Of a DNA stretch of 64,000 nt, positions 40,493-50,319 are shown one piece after another. How positions within the stretch are numbered: position 1 is the stretch's first letter; the number at the start of each line of letters is the position of its first letter. A model generated the notes under the pieces. It made no database searches, was not told the DNA's origin, and saw only the letters and a program-made list of their open reading frames with translations. The translations under genes were made by a program, and so were the position numbers. The DNA comes from Candidatus Multivorans sp. (lineage in GTDB: Bacteria > Acidobacteriota > Thermoanaerobaculia > Multivoradales > Multivoraceae). The DNA lies in assembly GCA_965247095.1 (NCBI GenBank), contig OZ251997.1, positions 4,160,001-4,224,000 of the forward strand. The letters are read 5' to 3'.

Positions 40493-40807
40493 TCAGCCGT
40501 CGATGCGTTCGACCAGCACCTCGACCTCGCCGCCGCAGGTGAGGCCCACCGACCACGCCTGCTCGTCCGAGATGCCGTAGCTAAGCCGCTTCGGCCGGCC
40601 GTCATGGAGCACCGACTGCGCCTCTTGGAACACGGCGCCTTCGATGCAGCCGCCGCTGACCGAGCCGGCGATGCTGCCCTGTTCCGACACCGCCATCTTC
40701 GATCCCAGCGGTCTGGGCGAGGAGCCGACGGTGCGAATCACCGTGGCGACGGCAACCTTCTGGCCTTCAGCGCGCCAGCGGTCCAGGTCGGGGAGGATGT
40801 CCAGCAC
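40493..40807 (-). CDS. XdhC/CoxI N-terminal domain protein
   Basis: ATV..T.GSSPRP.GSKM, GSVSGGCIEG, GLTCGG. Confidence 0.9.
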   Translation of the reverse strand: MLDILPDLDRWRAEGQKVAVATVIRTVGSSPRPLGSKMAVSEQGSIAGSVSGGCIEGAVFQEAQSVLHDGRPKRLSYGISDEQAWSVGLTCGGEVEVLVERIDG

Positions 40808-40866
40808 TGAGGGGATTCTACCGCCTGGAGGTCCGGCGCTATAGTGCCGCGAGGAGGTAGAGGACG

Positions 40867-41631
40867 ATGACGATGCGGAGACGCTGGAACTGTGTTTTCG
40901 GAGCAGCCGCTGTGCTGCTGGTGGCGTTCCTTTCCGGCTGTGCGGCGCCCGAGGCGGAACCGGTTGCGGCCGAGGCGGCGCCGGCTAGCGCCCGAAACCA
41001 GCCAGGAACCGAGATGGGGCTCTACGAGCCGGAGCAGCACGAGCTGTACGACGGCCGCTTCGTGATCACCGGCAGCAACGTCCACCAGGTCGGCAGCCTG
41101 GACGACGAATCGCCCTGGGACCACATGGGCGACGATGCCAGCAACGTGGCCCCGGTGGGCGGCGCGATCACGATCGACGTCGACGAGATCGCGAACACCG
41201 GCACGTTCCGCGCCGAGTTGCAACTTCCCGAGGGCGACTATGTGGTGGAACTCGACCGCTTCCACGAGTTCTCCGAGTGCCAGGACGGAGGCATCGCGGC
41301 CTACCTGTTCGAGCACGGCGATGCCGGTTGCGGCGATTCGAACTGGCCCAAGAGCCTGCTCTACGTGGCCGGTTGGGGCTACGGCCGCGGAACGCTGAAC
41401 GGCGAGGAGCTGTACGGCGAGTACCAGATCCACTTCATGGTCACCCAGGGCATGCGCGACCGCGAGTCGCTGCAGGTGCAGCTCGAGCCGACGGATGGCT
41501 CGGCCGGGGCGGTCAACCCGGCCGCGCAGCAGTTGGACTTCTACATCCGCAGCCCTGAGAACAACGACGCGAACCACCCCAACCGCGAGGTCTTCGACCA
41601 CTTCTTCGCGATGGCGGTGACCTGGCAGTAA
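40867..41631 (+). CDS. Hypothetical lipoprotein
   Basis: LSGC lipobox, strong coding bias, RBS-like GAGG upstream. Confidence 0.75.
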   Translation: MTMRRRWNCVFGAAAVLLVAFLSGCAAPEAEPVAAEAAPASARNQPGTEMGLYEPEQHELYDGRFVITGSNVHQVGSLDDESPWDHMGDDASNVAPVGGAITIDVDEIANTGTFRAELQLPEGDYVVELDRFHEFSECQDGGIAAYLFEHGDAGCGDSNWPKSLLYVAGWGYGRGTLNGEELYGEYQIHFMVTQGMRDRESLQVQLEPTDGSAGAVNPAAQQLDFYIRSPENNDANHPNREVFDHFFAMAVTWQ

Positions 41632-41679
41632 CGGCTGCTCGTCGGCTGGAGCGGCGGCGAGTCGGCGGCGATTGCACAC

Positions 41680-41856
41680 GCCCGGCCGGGAAGCGGAGGG
41701 GAGGGTCCCAGCGGCCGTGAGCGCTTGTTCGGATGGCAGGGGGTTGGGCGCTCACTCCACTACGCTCGCTCCGGTTCGGTGTCGGTGGTTGAGGGGGCAC
41801 CGGGCGTCGCTCGCTTCGAGTCCGCTGGGACCCTCCCCTCCGCTCCCCGACCGGGC
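41680..41856 (+). mobile_element. MITE-like element, copy 1 (35-bp terminal inverted repeats)
   Basis: GCCCGGCCGGGAAGCGGAGGGGAGGGTCCCAGCGG ... CCGCTGGGACCCTCCCCTCCGCTCCCCGACCGGGC (2 mismatches); internal GCGCTCACTCCACTACGCTCGCTCCGG. Confidence 0.7.
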
Positions 41857-41905
41857 TGGATGTCGTCGGCTTGGCCACGGGAATGCTGGGCGTCCGGATC
41901 AAGGG

Positions 41906-43168
41906 ATGCGGCATCCTGCTCCGTCTGAGACAATCCGCCGCCACGTGCCCCGTCTCGCCTTCTTCATCGCTTTCGGAATCAGCGTTCTGGCCAGGGTCGC
42001 GGAAGGGGAGGTGAGGCTTCTCGACTCCCCAGCCGCTGAGGGCAGTCGTAGCTACTCCCTGGCTGCCGTGGCGGACACCGTCTTCCTGAGCTGGGTCGAG
42101 CGCGTAGAAAACGGCGGCCACGCGCTGCGGTTTGCCGAGTTGGTTGGGGATGAATGGAGCGACGCGGCGACGATTGCGGCGGGCGAGGACTGGTTCGTGA
42201 ACTGGATCGACCATCCGGCCGTTGTGCCGTTGGGTGGCGACCGGCTGGCGGCCCACTGGCTGGTTCACGACGAGGACCGGCAGGGTGACTACGGCTACGG
42301 CATCCGGTTGGTGTACTCGGACGACCGGGGCGCGAGTTGGCGAGAGGTGTTCGAGGCGAGTGGCGAAGGTGTGGACGGCTACGCGGGCTTTGTGGCGTAC
42401 GCCGGAGTCGGGCACGGCTTCGAAGTGGCCTATCTGGCGTCAGTTGGCGACGACCTGGCGGCGAAGGGGACCACCGACACCCCGGACGGGCACGGCGAAG
42501 TGGAACCGCGCATGACGCTTCGTTCTGCGCGGTTTGACTTGGACGGCGCCTTGAAGAGCGACCGCGAAGTCGACGCCGACGTCTGCAGTTGCTGCACGAC
42601 GGCCATGGCGGCGACTCCGGGCAACGTCTTCCTGGCCTTCCGCGACCGCCGCGAGGGCGAGTTCAGGGACATCTCCTTTGCTCGCTTCGAAGACGGTCGA
42701 TGGACAGGTTCCGACCTGGTGCATCGGGACGGTTGGCACATTCGGGGTTGCCCCACGAACGGTCCGGCGCTCGCTTCCGACGAAAGGGGTTTGGCGGTTG
42801 CGTGGTTCACTGCTGCTGGGGGCGAGTCGAAAGTGCTCGCCTCCTTCTGGAGCCCGAAGCGGGAACGCTTCGACGCCCCGATTCGCATCGATGACGGTTC
42901 GCCGCGCGGCTGGGCCGGCATCGCGATGCTAGGAGACGGTAGTGCCGCGGTCAGTTGGGTCGAGCGGGTCGAAGGCGGCGCTGAACTGCGGGCCCGCAGG
43001 GTCAATCGGGACGGGGGTACGGGTGCCTCGGTCACCGTGGCGCCCGCGCCCGCCGGCCGAAGTGCCGTCGGCGTCCCCAAGATCGTTCGCAACGGCGACC
43101 GCCTGATCCTCGCCTGGCGCGACGGCGGTGTGCGCACTGCTCTGATATCCGCGTCGGATCTGGACTAG
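41906..43168 (+). CDS. Secreted BNR/sialidase-like beta-propeller protein
   Basis: Asp-box SDDRGASW, WFVNW.D.P, DVCSCC.T, GW.I.GCP.NGP. Confidence 0.7.
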   Translation: MRHPAPSETIRRHVPRLAFFIAFGISVLARVAEGEVRLLDSPAAEGSRSYSLAAVADTVFLSWVERVENGGHALRFAELVGDEWSDAATIAAGEDWFVNWIDHPAVVPLGGDRLAAHWLVHDEDRQGDYGYGIRLVYSDDRGASWREVFEASGEGVDGYAGFVAYAGVGHGFEVAYLASVGDDLAAKGTTDTPDGHGEVEPRMTLRSARFDLDGALKSDREVDADVCSCCTTAMAATPGNVFLAFRDRREGEFRDISFARFEDGRWTGSDLVHRDGWHIRGCPTNGPALASDERGLAVAWFTAAGGESKVLASFWSPKRERFDAPIRIDDGSPRGWAGIAMLGDGSAAVSWVERVEGGAELRARRVNRDGGTGASVTVAPAPAGRSAVGVPKIVRNGDRLILAWRDGGVRTALISASDLD

Positions 43169-43182
43169 CCCGACACCGTCCA

Positions 43183-43358
43183 GCCGGTCCGGGGCCGAGG
43201 GGAGAGGGTCCCAGCGGACTCGGAGCGAGCGACGCCCGAGGACCGTTCATGAACCGGGACTTACCGGAGCGAGCGTAGTGGAGTGAGCGCCGAACGCCCC
43301 AGTTTCCTACCAAGCGCGAACGGCCGCTGGGACCCTCTCCCCTCGGCCCCGGACCGGC
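43183..43358 (-). mobile_element. MITE-like element, copy 2 (perfect 35-bp TIR), inverted relative to copy 1
   Basis: GCCGGTCCGGGGCCGAGGGGAGAGGGTCCCAGCGG ... CCGCTGGGACCCTCTCCCCTCGGCCCCGGACCGGC; internal CCGGAGCGAGCGTAGTGGAGTGAGCGC is the reverse complement of the copy 1 core. Confidence 0.7.
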
Positions 43359-43372
43359 GGGTGTTACCAGCG

Positions 43373-44737
43373 CTAGTCGCCGCCGGCGCCCGTCGCCGCC
43401 GCCGCCGTCTGCTCCTGGTACTCCTCTTCCGACAGAAACACGAAGTTCGTCCAGCCGATCGCCATGTCGTCGATGGTCCGGTTGCCCCAGCCGACCCAGG
43501 CCGTCGGGTCGGGGTTGTAGGGGTTGTTCTCCGAGTTGTCGTGGTACGAGGTCACGTGCAGCACCGTGCCGGTGGGAAGCACCGGCGGGTTCTTGTAGGG
43601 ATAGGCGATTTGCCAGTTGAAGTCGTAGGTTTGGATGCGCGTGAGCAGTTCGCGTCGGCCGTCGGTGTGGATCGCTTCGAGTTCCATCGCCTTGCCGCGG
43701 TAGTGCATGTGGGCCTGGAAGCTGATCAACTGGATCGGGCGGTCGAGCACGCGGTAGCCGTCGTGACGGACGTTGTCGGCGCCGGGCGGAATGGACAGTT
43801 CGTTGTTGCGCCAGCCGCGGTTGCTGGGCAGGCCGGCGAACAGGCGGGTGGAGACGATCCGGTGCTTGGGCGCCACGCCGCGCGGATAGAAGCCGAAGCC
43901 GATCCGTGTCCGGTCACGGATCTCTTCGCCGATCGAGTGGTAGTGGCCGCTGAAGCGGATGGTGGCGCCGGCCATCAGCAGCTTGCCGGTGTTCTCGGCG
44001 TAGACGTCGCCGGTGTTGCCGACCGCGTACTCGATCAGCAGCGAGCCGACCGGGTTCCCCTCCGCGTCGCGCCGGTTCGGATCGTCGTCGCGCTCGAAGA
44101 AGTCTTGACCCACGTAGTCCGCGTCGTCCTGCATCGCGTAGACCATCGTGTGATGGACGCTCCGCCGGCCATCCTTGCTCGGTTTGACTTCGATCCAGCG
44201 GATGTAGCGGTCTTCGGTGAGGCCTGAGTCGGCGAGGAAGTTGACGAACAGGTCGGGGCCCTCTGGCGGAACGACCATGTCCTCCTGCATTTCGACCACC
44301 AGGTCGGGCTCGCCGTACTCCCAGGCGTCGCCGTCGGGGAAGTCGATCGGCGGCGGCAGGTCGCCGGGGTTGCCGCGCGGTGCGCCCGCGTCGACCCAGG
44401 AGGCGACGAGGGCGATCTCCTCGTCGCTCAGGCTCGGGTCGGGGTCGTACTCGCCGATCGTGCGGTCGATGTGCCAGGGCGGCATCTCCCGGCTGGCCAC
44501 CCGCCGCTTGATCGAGCGTGCCCAGGGCCGGGTCTGCTCCCAGGTGAGCAGCGACATCGGCGAGGCGGTCCCCGGCCGGTGGCAGCGCTGGCAGGAGCGC
44601 TGGAGGATGGGCGCGATGTCGCGACTGAAGGTGACCGTGCCGTCGTCGGCCGCCGCGGCCGGCGAGGCCGCCGGCGCCGCAAGGAAGGCGAATAGCAGGA
44701 TCGGCGCCGGAGTCATCGCGTGGAGAGTGCGGTTCAT
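43373..44737 (-). CDS. Secreted cytochrome c plus copper-monooxygenase-like domain protein
   Basis: Signal peptide, CQRCH heme motif, MPPW, VHH, HYH, HMHYRGK, YDFNWQ..Y, T.DDM. Confidence 0.75.
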   Translation of the reverse strand: MNRTLHAMTPAPILLFAFLAAPAASPAAAADDGTVTFSRDIAPILQRSCQRCHRPGTASPMSLLTWEQTRPWARSIKRRVASREMPPWHIDRTIGEYDPDPSLSDEEIALVASWVDAGAPRGNPGDLPPPIDFPDGDAWEYGEPDLVVEMQEDMVVPPEGPDLFVNFLADSGLTEDRYIRWIEVKPSKDGRRSVHHTMVYAMQDDADYVGQDFFERDDDPNRRDAEGNPVGSLLIEYAVGNTGDVYAENTGKLLMAGATIRFSGHYHSIGEEIRDRTRIGFGFYPRGVAPKHRIVSTRLFAGLPSNRGWRNNELSIPPGADNVRHDGYRVLDRPIQLISFQAHMHYRGKAMELEAIHTDGRRELLTRIQTYDFNWQIAYPYKNPPVLPTGTVLHVTSYHDNSENNPYNPDPTAWVGWGNRTIDDMAIGWTNFVFLSEEEYQEQTAAAATGAGGD

Positions 44738-44804
44738 GGTTCGCTCCCAGTCGTGGCCGGTTCGGGTGCCATCCGTGCGCCCGATGACGGGCGCACGGAC
44801 TGGT

Positions 44805-45323
44805 TCACGGGTGGCGCGGATCGCGCCTCCCGGGTTCGACGCAGACCCCGCGCGCGGCGGTGGCCGTGTCGATCTGCTTCGCGCGGTGGTAGGCCATGGA
44901 GATGTTCTCGATCAGGTAGAGGGGATCGATGCCGCCGCGTTCGGTGGTGGTCTGCGTGCTCTCCGCCCAGGTCAGCGTCCAGCCCAGGTTGCCCTCGTAG
45001 TCGTCCGGCAGGACGATGAGGCAGACGTTGCGCTGCCGTCCCGGTTCGAAGACGGTCGCCTGTCCGCGGTCGGCGGGACCGGGGTCGAATCCGTTCGCTT
45101 CGCCTGCCGGAATCTCGACCGCGACCGAGTTGTGGTTGTAGTAGCCGAAGACGAGGACCGCCGTGCCGTCGTCGTTCAGGACGTATCCCTCGTAGACCGG
45201 GTAGATCGGCCGGTTGGGCTGGGCCGCGGCCGGCGTCGCCGCCACGAGCAGGGCCCCGGCGACCAGGGCCCCAGCGAGCAGGGCGAAGGCCGGGGCCGCG
45301 CGGATCGGGGATGGCTTCGTCAT
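44805..45323 (-). CDS. Hypothetical secreted protein
   Basis: Signal peptide; P.YEG...N.DG....FGY.N.N, RGQ.T.F.PGRQ. Confidence 0.65.
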   Translation of the reverse strand: MTKPSPIRAAPAFALLAGALVAGALLVAATPAAAQPNRPIYPVYEGYVLNDDGTAVLVFGYYNHNSVAVEIPAGEANGFDPGPADRGQATVFEPGRQRNVCLIVLPDDYEGNLGWTLTWAESTQTTTERGGIDPLYLIENISMAYHRAKQIDTATAARGVCVEPGRRDPRHP

Positions 45324-45342
45324 GGCACGAGCGGAGTCCGGA

Positions 45343-46908
45343 TCAGGGATAGGTGTAGGTCGACTGGAGGCCCAGCGGCAGGCCGACCAGCCAGTAGCCG
45401 ACCAGGAAGATCGTCCAGGTGATGAGCAGGGTGACCGCGTACGGGATCATCAACGACAGCACGGTGCCGATGCCCGCCTTCTTCACGTAGCGCTGGCAGA
45501 ACACGACGACCAGCGGGAAGTAGGGCATCAGCGGCGTCGTGATGTTCGTCACGCTGTCGCCGACGCGATAGGCGGCCTGGGTGAGTTCGGGCGAGATGCC
45601 CAGGCTCATCAGCATCGGCACGAAGATCACCGAGAGCACGGCCCACTTGGCTGAAGCCGAGCCCACGAACAGGTTGACGACAGCGGACAGCAGGATGATG
45701 CCGACCACAGTCGCCTGCGGGGGCAGGCCCAGGTCGCGCAGGAAGCTGGCGCCCTCGAGCGCGATGAGGAGGCCGACGTTCGAGGTGCTGAATGCGGCGA
45801 TGAACTGGGCGGCGAAGAAGGCCATGACCAGGTAGTACGCCATCGTGCCCATCGCGTCGCTCATGCCGGCGACGATGTCCCGGTGGCTCTTCACCGTGCC
45901 GGCGACGTAGCCGTGGACGACGCCGGGAATCAGGAAGAAGACGAAGATCAGCGGCACCATCATCTGCATCAGGGGCGCCGTGAACGCAGTCAGCTCGCCG
46001 CCCGGGCTGCGCAGGGGCGACGTAACGGGCCACGCCCAGACCAGGAGGACGACCAGACCGAGCACCAGGGCGCCCATGGCGGCGAGGAAGCCGAGGCGGT
46101 CCTTCCGGCTCAGCTCCTCCATCTTCGGCATCTGTTCCGGATCGCCGTCGACCTTGGTGCCGCGGAGCCGAGGCTCGATCACGCGGTCCGTCAGGTACCA
46201 GCCGACGGCGATCACGAGGACCGAGGAGAAGCTGGTGAACAGCCAGTTGCAGAGCGGGTTGACCAGCCGATCGGCGTCGAAGATCTGGGCCGCGGACTGG
46301 GTGAAGCCCTGCAGCAGCGGATCGATGCCGGAGGGGATGAAGTTGGCGGAGAACCCGCCCGAGACGCCGGCGAAAGCGGCTGATATGCCGGCCAGGGGAT
46401 GCCTGCCGGCGGCGTAGAAGATCACGCCGCCGAGCGGGATGACGAGGACATAGCCGGCATCCGCCGCGGTGTGGCTGACGATCGCCGCCAGGATCAGCAT
46501 TGGCGTCAGCAGGCTGCGCGGCGTGAAGCCCAGGATCAGCCGCAGACCGGTGCTGATGAAGCCGGTCTTCTCGGCCACGCCGACACCCAGGAGCGCGACC
46601 AGCACGACCCCCAGGGGCGCGAAGCTGGTGAAGGTCGTCACCAATCGCGCCATGAAGGTCGCCAGCGCCTCGCCGGTGAGCTGGTTCTGGATCCGGATCG
46701 CCTCGCCGGTGTTCGGGTCGATCTCCGTGAACTGGATCGGCGCCATGATCGCCGAGGCGATCCAGGTCACGAACAGGAGCAGCAGGAACAGAATCGCCGG
46801 GTCCGGCAACTTGTTGCCGACGACCTCAATGGCCGTGAGAACCCTGTCGAGAACGCTCTTGCGTCCGCCGTTGCCGGCCTTCTTGCCCCCGTCGTCTGCC
46901 TTCGCCAT
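45343..46908 (-). CDS. abgT: AbgT family transporter
   Basis: IE..GNKLPDP, GRHPLAG..AAFAGVSGGFSAN, GSASAKWA, AAYRVGDS.TNI.TPLMPYFP. Confidence 0.92.
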   Translation of the reverse strand: MAKADDGGKKAGNGGRKSVLDRVLTAIEVVGNKLPDPAILFLLLLFVTWIASAIMAPIQFTEIDPNTGEAIRIQNQLTGEALATFMARLVTTFTSFAPLGVVLVALLGVGVAEKTGFISTGLRLILGFTPRSLLTPMLILAAIVSHTAADAGYVLVIPLGGVIFYAAGRHPLAGISAAFAGVSGGFSANFIPSGIDPLLQGFTQSAAQIFDADRLVNPLCNWLFTSFSSVLVIAVGWYLTDRVIEPRLRGTKVDGDPEQMPKMEELSRKDRLGFLAAMGALVLGLVVLLVWAWPVTSPLRSPGGELTAFTAPLMQMMVPLIFVFFLIPGVVHGYVAGTVKSHRDIVAGMSDAMGTMAYYLVMAFFAAQFIAAFSTSNVGLLIALEGASFLRDLGLPPQATVVGIILLSAVVNLFVGSASAKWAVLSVIFVPMLMSLGISPELTQAAYRVGDSVTNITTPLMPYFPLVVVFCQRYVKKAGIGTVLSLMIPYAVTLLITWTIFLVGYWLVGLPLGLQSTYTYP

Positions 46909-46982
46909 CAGCGGGCTCCTCCCTGGTCCTCGATTGTGGGCGGAAGGATCATCTTAGCGCCCGCAGGGTCATGCCTATCGGC

Positions 46983-48005
46983 TCAACCCACGATCCGCGC
47001 CACCCGCTCCACGAACCAGAACGCCGCGATCGTCCCTGTGGCGTAGATCGGCACCCGCTTGATCATCTCCGGCACCACGACGCCGGTCCGGCCCAGCGCG
47101 GCCACAACCGCCAGCACCACGACCACGACCATCAGTTGCCCCACCTCGACGCCCACGTTGAACAGGAACAGGGCCAGGGCGATCGCCCGCTGCGGCAGGC
47201 CGATCTCGGCCAGGGCGCCGGCGAAGCCGAAGCCGTGCAGCAGGCCGAAGGCGAAGGCGATCAGCCAGGGTCGTGTGCTCGTGATCTTCGATCTGCTTTC
47301 CTCGGGCCGCAGCAGCTCGACCGCCAGGAACAGGATCGACAGCGCGATCACCGCCTCGACCGGGGCCGACGACAACCGCACCACGCCCAGAGAGGACAGG
47401 GCCAGGGTGATGCTGTGGGCGACCGTGAACGAGCTGATCACGCCGACCAGCCGCCAGGGACTGCGAACGTAGAAGAGCAGGCCGATGACGAACAGGATGT
47501 GGTCGAAGCCGAACAGCAGATGCTCGACGCCGAGCCGGAAGTAGGGCGCGGCGTTGCCCGCCGCCTCGCGGTCGACGGTGTAGGAGGGCGCGTCCGGGCG
47601 GAGCAGTTGGGTCAGGCTGTCGCCGTCAACGAAGCTGATGCGGAGCAGGACGTCGGTCAGGGTTCGTTCGAGCCCCTGGATGGCGAAGGTGTCGCCGTGG
47701 AACGTGCGCTCCGGGTCGGCGTCCGGGGCCTCGCATTCGACGGTCCAGCGTTCGACCAGGGCGCCGGCGAGGTTCTCGGGCGCCTGCCGTGCCGTTTCGG
47801 TGCAGTGGTCCGGGAGGATCGGGTCGAGCAGCAGCAGGAGCGCTCCGCGGCGCGGCTGCTTCCAGACGACCTCGAAGCGGCCGGTCTCGACCTCGATCAG
47901 CTCCAGGTAGCCGGGACGAACCTCGTGGCCGCCGGCGGGGGCAGCGGCGAAGAGCCCGACCAGGATGGCCGCGGCCAGCAGCCCGTGCAGGCAGCGCCGG
48001 CTCAG
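46983..48005 (-). CDS. HupE/UreJ family membrane protein
   Basis: HEVRP.YL, LGVEHLLFGFDHILFV, FTVAHSITL, FGLLHGFGFA, FNVGVEVGQ; start approximate. Confidence 0.88.
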   Translation of the reverse strand: MSRRCLHGLLAAAILVGLFAAAPAGGHEVRPGYLELIEVETGRFEVVWKQPRRGALLLLLDPILPDHCTETARQAPENLAGALVERWTVECEAPDADPERTFHGDTFAIQGLERTLTDVLLRISFVDGDSLTQLLRPDAPSYTVDREAAGNAAPYFRLGVEHLLFGFDHILFVIGLLFYVRSPWRLVGVISSFTVAHSITLALSSLGVVRLSSAPVEAVIALSILFLAVELLRPEESRSKITSTRPWLIAFAFGLLHGFGFAGALAEIGLPQRAIALALFLFNVGVEVGQLMVVVVVLAVVAALGRTGVVVPEMIKRVPIYATGTIAAFWFVERVARIVG

Positions 48006-48937
48006 GGCGCGTCTCCGCCGGCCTCGCCGCCGGCCGCGCCTTCGTCGCCGCCCTCGAGCTCGGAGGCGAAGTCGATCTCTTCGATCTCGATCCTGTAGCG
48101 GTTGCGAAGGTTCTCGTGGGCTTCGCGGTTCGCCGCGTCGCGGGCGTCGCGCTGGGCGTCCTCGAGCACCCGCCGGCGCACGTCCTCGAACACGGCCGGC
48201 TTCGCCTCGGTACGCAGCGAGAGGCGGACGACGTGGTACCCGTAAGCCGACTCCACCGGCCCGGCCCACTCGCCCACCGGCAGGTCTGCGAGCGCGTCGA
48301 CGAAGGCGCCGCCGAAAAGCTCCGCGAGGTCGGCGGCGGTGCGCCGCCCGTACTCGCGGCGCAGCATGAAGGGATCGCCCAGGCGCCGCCAAAGCGTGTT
48401 CTCGGGTTCGGCGCCCCCACCCTCTTCCCTGAGCTGCGCGAGAATGTCGCCGGCTACCCGTGCCGCCTCCTCGTCGCTGCCGCGGCGGTCGGGGCTGACG
48501 TAGACGTGGCGGAGGGTGAACCGCCGCGCCGCGCCGTAGCGCTCCGCGTTCTCCTCGAAGAAGGCGGCGAGCTCGGCCTCGGATACCTGGTCGACCACGA
48601 CCGTGTCCTCAATCAGGAAGGACATCTTCTGGGCGAGGCGCCGGCGTACAATCGTGTCGTCGCTGTCGAGACCCATCCGCATCGCTTCACGGACCAGGAC
48701 CTCCTCCCGGATGTGGTCTTCGACCAGGGAGTCCAGCTCGGCGGCGGTCGGCAGACGCCCGATCTGGGCGCTCCAGAGGGTCGCCAGCCGGACCACCTGG
48801 TTCCGGGTGACGAGGATGCCGCGGCTCTCCGGGTCGAAGACGCCGCCGGCCATGCGGTCGAGGGCGAACACCCCGGCGCCGATGACCAGGAAGACCAGCA
48901 GGGGGTCGCGAAGGAAACGGCGAACAGAGTCACGCAT
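48002..48937 (-). CDS. PpiC-type peptidyl-prolyl isomerase domain protein
   Basis: RDPL..FL..G, IREEVL.REA..MGLD..D.IVRRRL.QK, W.GPVES.YG.H.V. Confidence 0.85.
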   Translation of the reverse strand: MRDSVRRFLRDPLLVFLVIGAGVFALDRMAGGVFDPESRGILVTRNQVVRLATLWSAQIGRLPTAAELDSLVEDHIREEVLVREAMRMGLDSDDTIVRRRLAQKMSFLIEDTVVVDQVSEAELAAFFEENAERYGAARRFTLRHVYVSPDRRGSDEEAARVAGDILAQLREEGGGAEPENTLWRRLGDPFMLRREYGRRTAADLAELFGGAFVDALADLPVGEWAGPVESAYGYHVVRLSLRTEAKPAVFEDVRRRVLEDAQRDARDAANREAHENLRNRYRIEIEEIDFASELEGGDEGAAGGEAGGDAP

Positions 48938-48996
48938 GACGAGGGATACTACGCTTTCGGGGCGAAGTGCAGTAGTACGGCGTCCGTCGCTCCGGG

Positions 48997-49028
48997 CCTG
49001 GGAACGCGGGCGTCTCGCCCGCATCCGG
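48997..49028 (+). repeat. REP-like palindrome copy (intergenic)
   Basis: CCTGGGAACGCGGGCGTCTCGCCCGCATCCGG, identical to 14334-14365. Confidence 0.8.
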
Positions 49029-49112
49029 CGCAGAGCGCCGGCTCCGGTGGCGATAGCCTCCGCTGAACCCGAGGTCTGCGGGTCAACGTCCATGGAGAAC
49101 GGAGGGGTCGTG

Positions 49113-50168
49113 ATGACGAACGGAGAACGGCGACGCGTGGCGCCGATGGTGCGGACAGGTTGCTTGGCCGGCGCCGTGCTCTGGGCCGTCTCTGTCCCGG
49201 CGGTTGGCCAGCCCGAGGCGGGCCCCGCCGGCGAACGCGAGAAGGTCCTGTTCGACTGCGACATCGGTTCGGACATCGACGACGCCTACGCCATGGCGCT
49301 GCTCCTGGCGAGCCCGGAGATCGAGCTCGTCGGCATCACGGTCGGGCACGCGCGCACGCTGGACCGGGCGCTGCTGGCGCTGCGCATGCTCTACGAGACG
49401 GGGCTTGACCACATCCCGGTCTACGTCGGCCGGGAGACGGCGCTTGTCACCCAGCGAGCCGGCAAGCCCCACGACCAGTTCGAGCACGCGCCGTACAACC
49501 GGCAGTTCCACTGGGGGCGCGGCTTCGAAGAACTCGAGCCCGAGTCGCAGCCGGCGGCCGAGTTCATCGTCGAGACGCTGAGCGCCGCACCGGGCGAGAT
49601 CACGCTGCTCACTGTCGGCCCGGTAACGAACATCGGCGACGCCCTGCTGCTCGACCCGGATGTCCTCAAGCACGCGAAGCGGGTCGTCTCGATGTACGGC
49701 TCGATCCGGTCCGGCTACGACGGCGGCGAAGCGCAGCGGGAGTGGAACGTCCTCGCCGATGCGGCGTCCTCGATGCGGTTCGACCAGGCGGTCCAGCGCG
49801 GCGGCACCGACGTCGTCTACATACCGCTCGACGTCACCGACCACGTCCGCCTCGACGCGGAGCGGCGCCTCCACCTCTCCATGCGCGGGACCCCGCTCAC
49901 CGACGCGGTCACGTCCCTCTACTCCCTGTGGCGAGACGAAGAAAAGGGCCAGACCACTCCGCGCCTGTTCGACGCCGTCGCCGTCGGTTTCCTCCTGTGG
50001 CCCGACCTGTTCGGCCTCGAACGCGGCCGCGTCACCGTCGACGAACGGAGCATGACCCTCTTCGACCCCGGCGCCGAACCGACCTCGACCGTCGCCCTCA
50101 CGATCGACGACGCCGCCTTCATCGAACGCATGGTCGCCCGCTACCTGGAGCAGAACCTCAGTCGCTGA
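49113..50168 (+). CDS. Nucleoside hydrolase (IUNH family), with signal peptide
   Basis: DCDIGSDIDDAYA, VGPVTNI, EWNV..D, PLDVT, LFDAVAV. Confidence 0.88.
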   Translation: MTNGERRRVAPMVRTGCLAGAVLWAVSVPAVGQPEAGPAGEREKVLFDCDIGSDIDDAYAMALLLASPEIELVGITVGHARTLDRALLALRMLYETGLDHIPVYVGRETALVTQRAGKPHDQFEHAPYNRQFHWGRGFEELEPESQPAAEFIVETLSAAPGEITLLTVGPVTNIGDALLLDPDVLKHAKRVVSMYGSIRSGYDGGEAQREWNVLADAASSMRFDQAVQRGGTDVVYIPLDVTDHVRLDAERRLHLSMRGTPLTDAVTSLYSLWRDEEKGQTTPRLFDAVAVGFLLWPDLFGLERGRVTVDERSMTLFDPGAEPTSTVALTIDDAAFIERMVARYLEQNLSR

Positions 50169-50181
50169 GTCCTGCAGCGAT

Positions 50182-50247
50182 GCCAGCAGGTCCCCCAACT
50201 GCTCCAGACTCGCCAAGTTGTGGACGGGCAGGAAGTCGTCGGTGTGG
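50182..50247 (-). repeat. Stranded duplicate of the VWA (coxE) 3' end; direct repeat of 54232-54297
   Basis: 61 of 66 nt identical; both copies encode HTDDFLPVHNLASLEQLGDLLA on the minus strand. Confidence 0.9.
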
Positions 50248-50319
50248 TAGCCTCTCGGTTTGGCTGTGAGCTTCGCGAGAACTTCTGAGACCGGCGCTGA
50301 ATTCCGCCAAAGACGACCG

